Source: Eledone cirrhosa
Taxonomy: Eukaryota
Reading direction: 5' to 3'
DNA length: 64,000 nucleotides
Assembly: GCA_964016885.1 (NCBI GenBank)
Contig: OZ024749.1
Span: forward strand, 48,732,001 to 48,796,000
Part shown: piece by piece, positions 60,376 to 64,000 of the stretch
Numbering within the stretch: position 1 is the first letter of the stretch
Layout of the letters: the number at the start of each line of letters is the position of its first letter
Translations under genes and position numbers: made by a program
Notes under the pieces: generated by a model
What the model saw: the letters and a program-made list of their open reading frames with translations, nothing else
Database searches by the model: none
Told to the model about the DNA's origin: nothing

Positions 60376-61037
60376 TCAAATGTTAAGGCACCCTTTAGGT
60401 GCGTTTGACTGGCGTAAGTTATTTAATAAAATTATTAAGGATAGGAAAATTTCTCAGTAATTTCCTATGTATAAATATAAGTTCGTTATTTGTTGTGACA
60501 ATGAGAAACGATGTGGAAGAATGTTGTATGTATTGCGTTAATTTCTGAAGGGAATTAAGTCCATACCTAAGTATAGTCATTTGATTGTAGTTGGAAGAAA
60601 AAGAAAATATAATACTTTTGACCTTTGGATGCGTAAAGGTAACGGAATGTCATGAATTATTATCGAAATACAGATGAATATTCCTGTCATAACAAAACCG
60701 AAATTGTGCTACACAAATAAACCTAAAAATCCGCATTAAATCGTGATTTTTAGTCGTTTTATTCTTTTGGTGTTTATTTGTTCTTAGTATACTTGCAAAA
60801 GTAAAGTTGAAAATGGAAGATGGCAGTGAATGCATTTCACTATCTATTTATATTCGAAGGTAAATTGAGTGCATGCAAACTTTCTCATTGAAACGTTTCT
60901 TTCGATGTTCTATCGCACTGCGTGCATCCTTAGGAATTAGTTTTGTTGTGGTCTCAATTTAAGCAATGCAGGAAATTCCTGTGTAGTCTGAAAATGGGCA
61001 CACATATATACACACATGTTAAAAATATATATGTATG

Positions 61038-61102
<65 letters not shown>

Positions 61103-61103
61103 G

Positions 61104-61150
<47 letters not shown>

Positions 61151-61151
61151 G

Positions 61152-61199
<48 letters not shown>

Positions 61200-61399
61200 T
61201 ATATGTATGTGTGTGTATGTGTGTGAGTGGGTGTATGTGTGTTTGCAAAAGGTAAAAAGAAATAACAACGCAAACGATGAAATAACACAGTACAATGAAG
61301 ATATATATGATTGAGGAGACTAGGAAGTGACAGAAACGAAAGGCAAATATTCTAAAGAAAAAAAAACAATCTATCACGTCACTATCTCTTGGAAAACTG

Positions 61400-61439
<40 letters not shown>

Positions 61440-61879
61440 AATTTGAATTATAAATAGTTCTATCATATTCATCTAACTCACCATGGTTCTTTAAAATATG
61501 TAAAGATCATGTATTAGATGCGCTAATAATGTACAGACTCAGTATGAAACAATTTAGGTTTGTTATTGTAAATTATTCTTCCTTCTGTTCATTTGTTCCC
61601 TACGTCCGATCTCTATATACAAATATGCTAACGTAGGGTCAAGGCCAGCAATTGTGGGTTTTGTTCCTTCTTTTAAAGGACCAGCCTTTTCACACCATAT
61701 CAGGAGAGATATGTTAATGGTACAACATCAATAAAATTCTCAAAACTTGCTAATTAATAACATGAACATGCTGTTTGTTGAGGGGGAATTTGGAAGCAGT
61801 CGTTGCGATTATTGAATATCTAACAAGAACAACTGCAGCATATATGTATGTCCATGTGTGCCTTATGTGTATGAATATA

Positions 61880-62470
61880 TATATAAATGCAGTAAATACC
61901 GTTTAGAAAATTGACAACTCTCTTTGTTTGAATGGAATTCTTAGTGAAAGAGTTTTCCCTTCCCCTTAGTTGTACACACAAAAGCTCTGTGATACTCAAC
62001 AATTTACATTTAATGAACCTGTCGTTGGTCCGTTAATAACCTATAAGTTTGAAATGGTTTATCACATCAATGGGATATAGAATACAAGCAGTTATCAGTA
62101 AAAGTTGCTAATGTGGTAATGTGGTCACTAGCCACATTTGTTGTGCCATATTATTAGGTCGATAAATAAATAAGTGTAGCTTCTTAATAAATTTGTCACA
62201 TATTGTCACTATAAGTATCAGATGTTTTTCTCAATTATTCAGAAATGTATTTCTGTAAGATATTTAATTCAAGTGAATATATAGTCAATATAGTAAGTAA
62301 TAAGAGTTTTTGAAGTATAATAGTGTAAAAATAATAGATATAGAAGATATAGAGACATATTTTGTGGCATCTCTCTGTGTATTCAATTAAGTTAGTTTCA
62401 ATCACATTACATTCGCCTCTTTTGTTTTCTCAATGCCATTAATTAAGTCATACATTCAATGTCTTAGTTA
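61880..62470 (+). pseudogene. Possible GPCR relic (TM2-TM6)
   Basis: IDNSLCLNGILSE..KLCDTQQF..VVG; ATAAGTTTGAAATGGTTT approximates ISFERF; EYKQLSVKVANVVMWSLATFVVP (TM4); KCSF. Confidence 0.28.
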
Positions 62471-63295
62471 GAGATCAAGGTTTATAATGAGGATTATAAT
62501 GCGTATATGAAGAAGTAAAGATATACAAAGATCTGGAAATTGGTTGAATACGTTTTAGATTGGGGAGGCAGTTTAAATATCCAAAATTCAAGTTGCGGTT
62601 TAAGATGAACCATGGGTTAGGTCTAACTCATAAAAACAAGAACTTTATTTCTGATTGGATTCCAAACATTTTATAGATGCCACACACATTGTATTGAAAT
62701 AGCTGTCCGCAGGTTGCCTAAACTAAAGGAGCATTGAAATCAAAATCCTCAAATTTCTTACAGACATAATTACAAGATCTTCATGAAACCATTTAAAATA
62801 AAGAAAAAAAACTATATTATATAATATATTTGTACATATATTTAAAGAAATAGTATAGCTATATTTAGAATAATGTTGATCTTAAGTTAACCTTAAGCTA
62901 ATCATCGGAAACACCAGAACTAACATACAGCTGCAATGATGATCCTTTATACAAATTAGTAATAATCAATTGTTAAGCCTGCATGCACCTACGCAGACTA
63001 AATACATTCCATATTAAGCATTAATAAAGAGACAAATATGTACGCATATTCTCATGATATTTGCATTGCCGAACAAATGGAATTTTGATGTATACTTGAC
63101 ACATGACAGCAGAAGTGTTTGTAAATATTACACCTATATACTGTCACACCGTTTTCACACCTCAATTGTCAATTGTTCTATCACCCGATATCGTGATTCT
63201 CAGATTCTAATGTAATTTCAGGATTGAACATATATATATATATATATATTTGTTTCCTATAAATACATATATATATATATACTTACATACATACG

Positions 63296-63336
<41 letters not shown>

Positions 63337-63504
63337 TTTTTTATCTATTTATCTATGGGAAACACATTTTTTTTTAAGCATCGTGTATTGAAAATAAGAC
63401 TGTACACTAGTTTTGATTTTTTTCGTTGTGTTAATTTTTATTTTAATATATATATTTGTGTGTGAGTTCCTATCACATTTTTGGGAACAATACAGTTCCG
63501 AAAT

Positions 63505-63781
63505 CCGTCATCTAAGGTATAGAAAATCTGAAGATAGAGTTGAGAACCAATATTAATATTCCAGAATGATTCATATTTTTCTTCACATGACATGAATTTA
63601 AAAAGATAGAACTATATATGTATCGTAAACGAAATCCTGAGGTCAAGTACCATTCAATATACGAAAACCATGAAAAGCCAATAGAAACGCATTTACAATT
63701 TTCTAACCTATATTTCCTATTCAGTCTCAAATCAGCCCAAAGCGTTGCAACGAACAAACAATATATTCTGTAGCTTATCAT
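63505..63781 (-). pseudogene. Possible GPCR relic (TM2-TM4)
   Basis: ORF 63512-63781: YCLFVATLWADL (TM2 AD), YIYSSIFL (TM3-like), GILILVLNSIFRFSIP (TM4 ending in SIP). Confidence 0.33.
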
Positions 63782-64000
63782 CTCACTCGCTCTCCGTCAG
63801 AACCCCACACCATATATGTGTGTGTGTATGCATATATACGTGCGCATATAAGCACATGTGAGTATGTACATGTGTATGTATAGTACACACACAGGCACAC
63901 ACACACGTATATATATACATACATAATCGTTCCTTTTTGCACATGGGAATATGCATGTGTATATGTATAATACACACTCACACATACACACATACATATA

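Overview
AT-rich eukaryotic non-coding DNA dense in (TA)n, (CA)n, (GA)n and (TAA)n microsatellites. The repeat families (recalled, not searched) suggest an octopus or other cephalopod. I found no intact protein-coding gene; most ORF-track entries are microsatellite read-through. Supported content: (1) about a dozen copies of a tRNA-derived SINE, three with clear 13-15 bp TSDs; (2) an R4/Dong-type LINE in (TAA)n with its whole RT domain deleted, plus two 3' fragments; (3) a second RLE-LINE fragment, a bipartite non-autonomous RTE element, an RTE 3' relic, an L1/Tx1-like ORF1 relic and a hAT-Charlie-type MITE; (4) several Penelope-like fragments in (TA)n carrying hammerhead ribozyme motifs, one with an intact core (9683-9728, minus strand); (5) three long fold-back palindromes, all next to (TA)n. 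Most unexpectedly, much of the unique DNA between repeats translates, through stops and frameshifts, into ordered class-A GPCR motifs. This suggests a graveyard of 10 or more decayed single-exon receptor genes. That reading is by eye only and needs a frameshift-aware HMM search.
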